The notes under the pieces are model-generated. The model was not told where the DNA came from and made no database searches. It saw only the letters and a list, made by a program, of their open reading frames with translations. From Alphaproteobacteria bacterium (lineage in GTDB: Bacteria > Pseudomonadota > Alphaproteobacteria > UBA7887), in the NCBI GenBank assembly GCA_965216755.1, contig CBDCGL010000011.1:1344001-1408000 (forward strand): DNA of 64,000 nucleotides, read 5' to 3'. Positions 8,185 through 15,869 of the stretch are shown here, in pieces. Positions within the stretch are counted from its first letter, which is position 1. Each line of letters starts with the position of its first letter. The translations under genes and the position numbers were made by a program.

Positions 8185-10725
8185 TTAGTTGTCACGCCGG
8201 AAAACGTGGCCACGTGCCGTGGCAAGCTTGTCCCATCCGGGCCTGTGGGTGAGCTCTGTCTTGGACATGTTGACCAGAATCGTATTGTACGCGAACGCGC
8301 CCGCCGGACTCGGTTCGTCGGCTGTCAAGAAGTCCGGATTGCCCGAGCGGTCGACCCCTGTTTCATCGAGATCCATCCAGGCCCCTTCGTGCAGAACGAC
8401 GACGCCGGGCATGCACCTTTCGGTCACATAGGCCGGCACAACCGTGGCACCACGATCGTTCCAAACATAGACGGCGTCACCAGTCTTGATACCCAACCCC
8501 TCGGCGTCTTTCGTGTTGATCGTCACCTCTTGCTCGTAGGTCTCGCGCAACCAAGGAATGTTGTTGAAGATCGAATGGGTGCGCCACCGGGGATGCGGCG
8601 TGATCATGTGGAACGGATACTTCTCCGCTTTCGGGTGATTGAGCGACTCCCACGGCTCAATCCATTTCGGGATGTAAGGGATCGGCGCGCCAAACTGCGT
8701 CTTCTTCCAATCCGTGACCGACGCCAACTGTGTCGAGAAAATCTCAACCTTTCCTGACGGAGTCGAGAACGGTTGACCTTTCTCGACTTGATCCCGGAAC
8801 GCAACGTGTGGTTCGTCGAGCTCAAATTTGTAGACCCCACGTTTCTTGAACTCATCCCACGATATCTCGACGTGGTGGTGATGCCGTACTTTGGTCTCCC
8901 ACCACTCACTGAGATACGCTTCGTCGACAGCGTCGTCATTGTAGAAATAGTCGCGCGTGGCCTTCGGATTGAAGACGTTTCCAAATCCCAATCGGAAGCC
9001 GAGCTCGGTGAAGATCTGCAAGTCGCTTTTGCTTTCCCCCAACGGCTCAATGACTTTCGGCCGATGAATGTAGTAATGCCCCTTGTACCAAGGTAGGGCC
9101 ACGTCGTGCCGTTCGAAATGCGTGGCTACCGGTAGTAACACGTCGGCCCAAATCCCGGACGGGGTTATCGTGGAGTCTTGGCAAACCACGAGATCAAGCT
9201 TCTTTATGGCTTCGATCTCTTTGTTGATATTCGTCAACTGATTGAACCAATCGGATGCCTGCCACCAAATTGCACGGATATTCGGAATCACGCCGTCCAT
9301 TGGCCCAGGTTTTGGCCACAATCCAACATCCTCGCGCCGCACATACGGGTAGTTCAACACACAATGCGCCCACCGATCGGACTTAATCGCAGCCGCGTGC
9401 ACGTTAGCATATTGATCGTATGGGCCGGCGACGCTTTCCATATGCCAGCCCTTGCCGACACCTTCACTCGAACCGCCCAAAACACCGATGTTCCCGGTTT
9501 GCGCTTGCAGCGCCGCGGCCATACGGCTGTATTGTTCCCCATAGGCGGCGCGCCCGGGCGCCCAAGACGCCTTGAGCGCGGCTGGCTTGGTTGTGCCATA
9601 CATTTCGGCCAATTTCTTGATGTCCGCGGCGGACACACCGCAAATGGGTTCGGCCCACTCCGGTGTTTTTGGTTGACCATCATAACGGCCATAAATGTAG
9701 TCGCGGAAGTTCTCCATATTGGCCGCCCAGGGCGGCATGGTGCCCTGATCCATTCCCAAGCAGAATCTATCGATGAAATCTTGATCCTGCCAATTATTCT
9801 CAAAAATGTGGAAGGCCATGGCGGCAAGCATCGCCGCGTCTGTGTTCGGCTTGATCGGAATCCACCATGCGTCGTAGGCGGCTGCCGAGTCCGTGTACTG
9901 AGGATCGACGACGACAAATTTGCAGCCGCGTTGCTTCGCCAGCCGCATATAGTAGAACGTATTGCCGCCATGAAATGTGTAAGCCGGATTCCAGCCCCAC
10001 ATAATGATCAATTTGGAATGAGCGAACGCGTCATCCTCGTTGCCGTCTTCGATTGTTCCGAACGTCTGTAGTGAACTAAATGTTGTACCTTGATAGGATG
10101 GCACGGACCATGACACGGTGCGGCAGCCAAATATGCCGAGGAACCGACCCAGAGACCCTTCGATCTGATCCGACTTGTGCAGGGCACCCCAAGACGCACC
10201 CGCATAGGACTGATCGAGAATGGCCGTCGGGCCGTATGTATTCTTCAGGTGCAACATGCGCTCGGCGAGATAGTCAAGGGTATAGTCCCAAGACGCGCGT
10301 TTGAACTTGCCCTCACCACGTGCGCCGACCCGGATCATTGGGTAAAGCAACCGTTCCGGCGAATAAATACGCGATCGATACGATCGGCCACGCAAGCAAG
10401 CCCGCACTTGCGGCACCGCTTCCGTGTCAGTGTTAAACGCATCGCCTTGATAGGTTCCGTCGTCCGTCGACAAGCGAACGATCACATTGCCCTTTTTGTG
10501 CGCAACCAGCATATGGCGCGAACCACAGTTGTGTGCGCAGCTGGTGACAACCGTGGTGAGCTCATCATCCGTGTAATAGGGCTCATAAGCGAACGCGTCA
10601 GCCTGTTGGCTCTGTGCGGTGCTCACCAAGCCGGCCGTCGCGCCGGCGGCGGCCGATTGCAGAAAGCCCCGCCGCGAAACATTGAACGCTGATCTCAATT
10701 CATCCAGGCGATTTTGTTTAGTCAT
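8185..10725 (-). CDS. dmsA: Tat-exported DMSO-reductase-family molybdoenzyme catalytic subunit (DmsA/YnfE-like); substrate unknown
   Basis: SRRGFLQ Tat motif; N-terminal CAHNCGSRH..RACLRGR resembling E. coli DmsA CTVNCGSRC..RACLRGR; RLLYPM.RVG.RGEGKF, WGWNP, PIKPNTDAAM, ADVLLP, RWRTHS and C-terminal molybdopterin-binding domain. Confidence 0.85.
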   Translation of the reverse strand: MTKQNRLDELRSAFNVSRRGFLQSAAAGATAGLVSTAQSQQADAFAYEPYYTDDELTTVVTSCAHNCGSRHMLVAHKKGNVIVRLSTDDGTYQGDAFNTDTEAVPQVRACLRGRSYRSRIYSPERLLYPMIRVGARGEGKFKRASWDYTLDYLAERMLHLKNTYGPTAILDQSYAGASWGALHKSDQIEGSLGRFLGIFGCRTVSWSVPSYQGTTFSSLQTFGTIEDGNEDDAFAHSKLIIMWGWNPAYTFHGGNTFYYMRLAKQRGCKFVVVDPQYTDSAAAYDAWWIPIKPNTDAAMLAAMAFHIFENNWQDQDFIDRFCLGMDQGTMPPWAANMENFRDYIYGRYDGQPKTPEWAEPICGVSAADIKKLAEMYGTTKPAALKASWAPGRAAYGEQYSRMAAALQAQTGNIGVLGGSSEGVGKGWHMESVAGPYDQYANVHAAAIKSDRWAHCVLNYPYVRREDVGLWPKPGPMDGVIPNIRAIWWQASDWFNQLTNINKEIEAIKKLDLVVCQDSTITPSGIWADVLLPVATHFERHDVALPWYKGHYYIHRPKVIEPLGESKSDLQIFTELGFRLGFGNVFNPKATRDYFYNDDAVDEAYLSEWWETKVRHHHHVEISWDEFKKRGVYKFELDEPHVAFRDQVEKGQPFSTPSGKVEIFSTQLASVTDWKKTQFGAPIPYIPKWIEPWESLNHPKAEKYPFHMITPHPRWRTHSIFNNIPWLRETYEQEVTINTKDAEGLGIKTGDAVYVWNDRGATVVPAYVTERCMPGVVVLHEGAWMDLDETGVDRSGNPDFLTADEPSPAGAFAYNTILVNMSKTELTHRPGWDKLATARGHVFRRDN

Positions 10726-10795
10726 TACTGAGTTCCTGTCTGGTGTCGCCTACTGCACAACTTGTCGTTGCTATTTCCTGCCATGACGTTTGACG

Positions 10796-11596
10796 TCACT
10801 GCGCGTTGATGCGAAAGCGTGACGCCGACTCGGTCGGGCGATCGACCGCCCATTCCGGCGTTTCTTCCGGCATGTCCGGCCAAGGATGTCGCGGGTATGG
10901 ATACGATGTCGCGTACCACGCACGGCCACCATGACAGCCGTAGCAAACATCTGAGCTCTCTCTTGCCAGTTCTTCTATGGCATCTGCCTTGAGGTAGTTG
11001 ACGTTGTGCCGAACCGTACGGAACAGTTCCTCATGACACAGCTGGCATCCATTGGGTGTCGCCTCATCCTCCAGATCAACACGAACTTCTGGCCAAGGCC
11101 CCTCGACGCCGAGCATCAGTTCGTTTGGAAAACGCCCATGACACAACAAGCACGTTTCTTGAGGGACCACCGACTTACGTAAACTAAATCCAGCGTCAGC
11201 GGCGGTCGGTGGTATGGGTGCTTCTTCACGGGGATCGTGACCCAGGTGGCAGGTGTTGCATTGCAAATCCATAACCTGCGTCGCGTATGGGGTTATCAAA
11301 TGCCTCCGATGAAAAGTTTCTTGATCTCCCTGATATGTATCCAATGTCTGATACCACGCCGTTGATTCCACAGCTTCAACGCCTGCCGGCGACTCGCTTA
11401 GAACGCGGCGGTCGATAATTTCCTGGTGACAGGACAAACATTGATCGTTCGTTGCTGACTCGATTGCCGGCCGGAAATGAATTGGATCCCAGATGGCGCT
11501 CTCATAGTCGATCTCCGCGGCACTAGCACCGGACGCCGCCCACAACCCGACATACATGGCAGTCAACGGCCGCACGATGGCCATCACCTTATTCAT
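10796..11596 (-). CDS. Periplasmic pentaheme cytochrome c
   Basis: Sec signal (ASA-A) and five CxxCH motifs: CLSCH, CNTCH, CLLCH, CQLCH, CYGCH. Confidence 0.9.
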   Translation of the reverse strand: MNKVMAIVRPLTAMYVGLWAASGASAAEIDYESAIWDPIHFRPAIESATNDQCLSCHQEIIDRRVLSESPAGVEAVESTAWYQTLDTYQGDQETFHRRHLITPYATQVMDLQCNTCHLGHDPREEAPIPPTAADAGFSLRKSVVPQETCLLCHGRFPNELMLGVEGPWPEVRVDLEDEATPNGCQLCHEELFRTVRHNVNYLKADAIEELARESSDVCYGCHGGRAWYATSYPYPRHPWPDMPEETPEWAVDRPTESASRFRINAQ

Positions 11597-11967
11597 TGTT
11601 GCCCCACCACTTGTTGCGTCGCCCCACTCATGGAGGCCGTTTCTTCATTGGATATCTCGCTGTGGCTCTGGTGCCATCCACGAATGTCGTACGGTCCGGT
11701 CATGCCTGGACGTGTAAAAGGCGTGAACCAGGCCCCCTGATCTTCGAGAAAACGGAGACTATAGGGATAAGGACTGTCGACGCCTGTGAGGGCGTGGTCA
11801 TACCAAGCCCCATTCTTTTCCAACTCATGGACCACCGGCGCGTCTGCCGGCCGCTGATCTGGCTTGGTTCCAGCGACTGAAAGAGTTGTTTGGCTGGCTT
11901 GCGCGCCTACATGTCCGAGACTGGCCAGAACGACACCCGCCAGCGGCACAAGTTTCCACAGTGTCAT
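11593..11967 (-). CDS. Small secreted hypothetical protein co-transcribed with the cytochrome and molybdoenzyme
   Basis: Signal peptide MTLWKLVPLAGVVLASLGHVGAQA; aromatic core PYPYSLRFLEDQGAWFTPFTRPGMTGPYDIRGWH; stop overlaps the cytochrome start (ATGA). Confidence 0.75.
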   Translation of the reverse strand: MTLWKLVPLAGVVLASLGHVGAQASQTTLSVAGTKPDQRPADAPVVHELEKNGAWYDHALTGVDSPYPYSLRFLEDQGAWFTPFTRPGMTGPYDIRGWHQSHSEISNEETASMSGATQQVVGQQ

Positions 11968-12082
11968 GCTATTTCTCACTCTTCTTTTTCTTGCCCGCAC
12001 GCGTCGTCCCTCCCGGCTGGTAAACGCTGTCAAAGAAAATCCTGAACTCTTGGTCATCCTGCCAGTCGCTGGCCTCATCCGG

Positions 12083-12541
12083 CTAGTTTGTCACGTCGGA
12101 GTTATCCTGATCCACATTGCTCGGTCCCGCCATCGGTTGTGTGGCAGTCGGTGCCTGGCCATGCATCCACGGCATGGAGCGCGGTCCTTGTTGGCCAAAT
12201 AACAAGCCCGCCGGTGCGTAAAGCAGCAGCCCACCATCTGGCGCGACCCGAAAGAACCCGCGGGAATTGACCAGATTTGTGCTGCCGAACATGCCCAGGA
12301 TCGTGTACATCACCTCAGGCGGCACGACTTGGCTCACAGGATAAAGGACGATCCCCCCATTTGGCATAAACTGAAAGAAGCCATGGGCGTCCACCAACGA
12401 ACCAACGGCGATCGGCTGATCTGGATTAGCCGGCACAAGCGACTGACCATCTTGCGCGAGAACTTGCATCGGTTTGGCCGCCATGAATGCTGTCATGAGC
12501 AAGACGACGCCAAAACTTGTCACACGCCTAATTACAATCAT
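12083..12541 (-). CDS. Small secreted protein with two copies of the aromatic GFFxxxP[ND]GGxxLY motif
   Basis: Signal peptide ending VLA-Q; GFFQFMPNGGIVLYP and GFFRVAPDGGLLLYAP. Confidence 0.72.
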   Translation of the reverse strand: MIVIRRVTSFGVVLLMTAFMAAKPMQVLAQDGQSLVPANPDQPIAVGSLVDAHGFFQFMPNGGIVLYPVSQVVPPEVMYTILGMFGSTNLVNSRGFFRVAPDGGLLLYAPAGLLFGQQGPRSMPWMHGQAPTATQPMAGPSNVDQDNSDVTN

Positions 12542-12612
12542 TGTCTAACTCACAATGTTCCGATCGTGCCATCATGCGTGAAGGTCGCAATCGGGAAGAA
12601 AGAGGCTTCGCG

Positions 12613-12670
12613 GTGAGTGTCCGGAAAACAACTGACTCGACTTCTGTCGGCGTTCACCGGACACATACAC
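12613..12670 (-). other. Long imperfect intergenic hairpin just downstream of the Met-rich gene
   Basis: gtgtccgg (12617-12624) pairs with ccggacac (12657-12664), with inner aac/gtt and ctgac/gtcgg pairing. Confidence 0.45.
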
Positions 12671-12690
12671 CATGCTAGCGCTTTAGCGTT

Positions 12691-14088
12691 TTAGCGCGGC
12701 GGTTCCCAGTTGCGGGCTGCCATACCTGGCATACCTTGCATGCCCCACATGCCGGGCATACCCTGCATGCCCCACATTCCGGGCATACCCTGCATGCCCC
12801 ACATTCCGGGCATACCCTGCATGCCCCACATTCCGGGCATGCCCTGCATACCCCACATTCCGGGGTAGCTGGCGTACATCCCCCACATGCCGGGGTTCAT
12901 CCCCCACATACCAGGCATACCTTGCATGCCCCACATACCGGGCATGCCGTACATGCCGCCCATGCCCCACATGCCAGGGTTCATGCCCCACATACCGGGC
13001 ATACCTTGCATGCCCCACATACCGGGCATGCCGTACATACCGCGCATGCCCCACATGCCAGGCATTCCGTACATGCCGCCCATACCGGGCATGCCGTACA
13101 TGCCGCCCATGCCCCACATGCCAGGCATTCCGTACATGCCGCCCATACCGGGCATGCCGTACATGCCGCCCATGCCCCACATGCCGGGGTTCATCCCCCA
13201 CATGCCGCGCATGCCATACATGCCGGGCATTCCGTACATGCCACCCATGCCGCGCATGCCCCACATGCCGGGCATTCCGTACATGCCGCCCATGCCGGGA
13301 TAGTTCGCGTACATGCCATACATACCGCCCATACCGGGCATTCCGTACATACCGCCCATGCCCCACATGCCGGGGTTCATCCCCCACATGCCGCGCATGC
13401 CATACATGCCGGGCATTCCGTACATGCCACCCATGCCGCGCATGCCCCACATGCCGGGCATTCCGTACATGCCGCCCATGCCGGGATAGTTCGCGTACAT
13501 GCCATACATACCGCCCATACCGGGCATTCCGTACATACCGCCCATGCCGGGCATGCCGTACATGCCGCCCATACCGGGCATGCCGTACATGCCGCCCATA
13601 CCGGGCATTCCGTACATGCCGCCCATGCCCCACATGCCGGGGTTCATCCCCCACATGCCGCGCATGCCATACATGCCGGGCGTTCCGTACATGCCGCCCA
13701 TGCCGGGATAGTTCGCGTACATGCCGCCCATGCCCCACATGCCGGGGTTCATCCCCCACATGCCGCCCATGCCGGGATAGTTCGCGTACATGCCGCCCAT
13801 GCCCCACATGCCGGGATTCATCCCCCACATGCCGCGCATGCCATACATGCCGCCCATGCCCCACATGCCGGGGTTCATCCCCCACATGCCGCGCATGCCA
13901 TACATGCCGGGCATTCCGTACATGCCACCCATGCCGGGATAGTTCGCGTACATGCCGGGCATGCCTTGCATGCTCCACATGCCGGGATACATCCCCTGCA
14001 TACCTTGGCCGGCGGATGGCTGTGACATCATTAGCATCGCGCCAATGACCATCGCCGTACCGGCCACTCTCCTTAGCTGCTTCAACAT
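12691..14088 (-). CDS. Secreted methionine-rich (Gly-Met-Xaa)n repeat protein 1 (465 aa)
   Basis: GAGGAAGG RBS, Sec signal [27 protein letters not shown], then about 430 aa of [18 protein letters not shown] triplets with GMNP and ANYP interruptions. Confidence 0.85.
   Translation of the reverse strand: MLKQLRRVAGTAMVIGAMLMMSQPSAGQGMQGMYPGMWSMQGMPGMYANYPGMGGMYGMPGMYGMRGMWGMNPGMWGMGGMYGMRGMWGMNPGMWGMGGMYANYPGMGGMWGMNPGMWGMGGMYANYPGMGGMYGTPGMYGMRGMWGMNPGMWGMGGMYGMPGMGGMYGMPGMGGMYGMPGMGGMYGMPGMGGMYGMYANYPGMGGMYGMPGMWGMRGMGGMYGMPGMYGMRGMWGMNPGMWGMGGMYGMPGMGGMYGMYANYPGMGGMYGMPGMWGMRGMGGMYGMPGMYGMRGMWGMNPGMWGMGGMYGMPGMGGMYGMPGMWGMGGMYGMPGMGGMYGMPGMWGMRGMYGMPGMWGMQGMPGMWGMNPGMWGMGGMYGMPGMWGMQGMPGMWGMNPGMWGMYASYPGMWGMQGMPGMWGMQGMPGMWGMQGMPGMWGMQGMPGMWGMQGMPGMAARNWEPPR
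12720..14000. repeat. Coding tandem repeat (9-bp-based units) including a near-exact 186-bp duplication
   Basis: Recurrent catgccgggc / ccccacatg units; tagttcgcgtacatgccatac recurs at 13301 and 13487, 186 bp apart. Confidence 0.9.
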
Positions 14089-14413
14089 TTAACGAACCTT
14101 CCTCATAACAATTGTTCGGTCGGCTTAGACTTCACTCAATCCTCGAATCCCAGTTGCAAGTGCCGCCGTTCAAGGTCCGACACCGACAAATCTCGATCTT
14201 GGACCGGCGTTGCGGACAGAACATCAGCTATGCATCGTTGTTCCGTGAACCCTATCCATTTGTTCGCACTGCAACCTTTCGCCGTTTTATTGACGGCATT
14301 GAATAAAAAGATCTGTGGCTTACGCCCCGTTCTTGAGGGAACGGCCCAGTTGCTCTGTCAGAATTCCCAAGCCATGGTGGGCGCTCTGTTGCGCCCACCA
14401 TGCTGCAGTCGAC

Positions 14414-15451
14414 TTAGCCGTCTTTATCGTCGTCGGACTCACCCGACATGCCTTCCATGCCGGACATACCTTCCATGCCGGTCATGCCGGACATACCGCT
14501 CATGCCGGACATACCTTCCATGCCGGACATACCGCCCATGCCGGACATACCTTCCATGCCGGACATGCCTTCCATGCCGGTCATGCCTTCCATGCCGGTC
14601 ATTCCGGGCATCCCCGTCATACCCATTCCAGGCATGCCGTACATTCCGCCCATGCCGGGCTGTAACGCAGCCAAGTTTGCCGGATAGAGCGTGATGACGT
14701 TACCAGGGCCAACGGTGAAGTAGCCGGCGAAGACCGCGCCACCACTCATGCCTTGCATGCCGCCCATACCGGGCATGCCTTGCATGCCGCCCATACCGGG
14801 CATGCCTTGCATTCCCCACATACCGGGCATGCCTTGCATACCCCACATACCGGGCATGCCTTGCATACCCCACATGCCGGGCATGCCTTGCATTCCCCAC
14901 ATGCCGGGCATGCCTTGCATTCCCCACATACCGGGCATGCCTTGCATTCCCCACATGCCGGGCGTGCCTTGCATTCCCCACATGCCGGGCATGCCTTGCA
15001 TTCCCCACATGCCGGGATAGTTGGCATACCGTTGGCCTTGCATGCCCCACATGCCGGGGTTCATCCCCCACATGCCGGGCATACCTTGCATACCCCACAT
15101 ACCGGGATAGTTCGAATACTGTTGACCTTGCATGCCCCACATGCCGGGGTTCATCCCCCACATGCCGGGCATACCTTGCATACCCCACATGCCGGGCATA
15201 CCTTGCATACCCCACATACCGGGCATACCTTGCATACCCCACATACCGGGCATGCCTTGCATACCCCACATGCCGGGATAGTTCGAATACTGCTGACCTT
15301 GCATGCCCCACATACCGGGCATACCTTGCATACCCCATTGATTGGGCATAGTTTGCTGGCTATGTGCCGTGCTTGTCGCGCTCAGTGACGCCATCGCAAC
15401 AACGGCAACGAGGCCAACAACCCTCCCAATCTTTTTTAGCGTACTAATCAT
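14414..15451 (-). CDS. Secreted methionine-rich (Gly-Met-Xaa)n repeat protein 2 (345 aa) with aromatic motif and acidic tail
   Basis: GAGG RBS, signal peptide ending TAHS-Q, (GMQGMPGMW)n block, one GYFTVGPGNVITLYP motif, then (GMEGMS/T)n and GESDDDKDG. Confidence 0.85.
   Translation of the reverse strand: MISTLKKIGRVVGLVAVVAMASLSATSTAHSQQTMPNQWGMQGMPGMWGMQGQQYSNYPGMWGMQGMPGMWGMQGMPGMWGMQGMPGMWGMQGMPGMWGMNPGMWGMQGQQYSNYPGMWGMQGMPGMWGMNPGMWGMQGQRYANYPGMWGMQGMPGMWGMQGTPGMWGMQGMPGMWGMQGMPGMWGMQGMPGMWGMQGMPGMWGMQGMPGMWGMQGMPGMGGMQGMPGMGGMQGMSGGAVFAGYFTVGPGNVITLYPANLAALQPGMGGMYGMPGMGMTGMPGMTGMEGMTGMEGMSGMEGMSGMGGMSGMEGMSGMSGMSGMTGMEGMSGMEGMSGESDDDKDG
14445..15340. repeat. Coding tandem repeats (27-bp GMQGMPGMW units and 18-bp GMEGMS units)
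   Basis: Repeated ccttgcat(a/t)ccccacat(a/g)ccgggcat(g/a) and ccttccatgccggacat units. Confidence 0.9.
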
Positions 15452-15622
15452 TCGTACCTCTATGTCGCCGTCTCCCGTGGAGACAGCGGTCCTTTAATGT
15501 GCTGACCGAGAAAAGACGCCGCAGCACCCGGGATGAACATTTCCTAGGTACTGTGGCTCGAATTCCCACCTAACTGCTTGCCTTCCCGTTGACGCCGCTG
15601 ATTGCGGCGCCGGCTTTTTAAT

Positions 15623-15640
15623 AAGCAGATTTCGTGCCAG
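15623..15640 (-). promoter_or_regulatory. Sigma54 (-24/-12) promoter of the Met-rich protein/molybdoenzyme cluster
   Basis: Minus strand reads CTGGCACGAAATCTGCTT, with GG-N10-GC spacing and TGGCACG matching consensus, about 170 bp upstream of 15451. Confidence 0.85.
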
Positions 15641-15656
15641 CCTTAGCGTGCAAGCG

Positions 15657-15669
15657 TAAGTATTTGAAA
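15657..15669 (-). promoter_or_regulatory. Putative IHF site
   Basis: TTTCAAATACTTA versus consensus WATCAANNNNTTR (one mismatch), between the promoter and the upstream palindrome. Confidence 0.5.
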
Positions 15670-15716
15670 TTTTGTATGAATTCGACTTCGGCCACGTTCA
15701 AGGGCCTGTCTCTAAC

Positions 15717-15731
15717 CTGCCAAATTGGCAG
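15717..15731. promoter_or_regulatory. Putative upstream activator (enhancer) site
   Basis: Perfect palindrome CTGCCAA-A-TTGGCAG about 80 bp upstream of the -24 element. Confidence 0.55.
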
Positions 15732-15869
15732 ACAAATCGGAGACCGAAATTAAGAATCTCTTGTTTTCAGCAGCTTGGAACCTGACATAATGTCAGCGTC
15801 GCGCCGAATGCAATGCGTTATCTGTGGCGAGGGCTCGGCGCGGCGTCAGTCCAGTGCGCGCCGACGGCG

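Noticed and set aside
8185-10725. Perchlorate/chlorate/nitrate reductase (PcrA/ClrA/NarG) assignment
   Set aside because: Lacks the His-first FS0 motif of those enzymes, motifs resemble DmsA, and there is no chlorite dismutase in the window.
12555-12572. Second sigma54-like TGGCACG upstream of 12541
   Set aside because: No GC at the -12 position (minus strand reads TGGCACGATCGGAACA).
12683-14025. Long His/Arg-rich and His/Ala-rich ORFs (12683-13978 -, 12736-14025 +, 12887-13303 +)
   Set aside because: Alternative-frame and antisense shadows of the (GMx)n repeat. Only the 12691-14088 frame has an RBS, a signal peptide and operon orientation.
12720-15340. Possible CRISPR array
   Set aside because: Repeats are contiguous codon-phase units without unique spacers, and no cas genes are present.
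14700-15388. Apparent metallothionein-like ORF (CGECKACPAC)n at 14746-15027 and other overlapping ORFs
   Set aside because: Frame shadows of the GMQGMPGMW repeat with no independent start signals.
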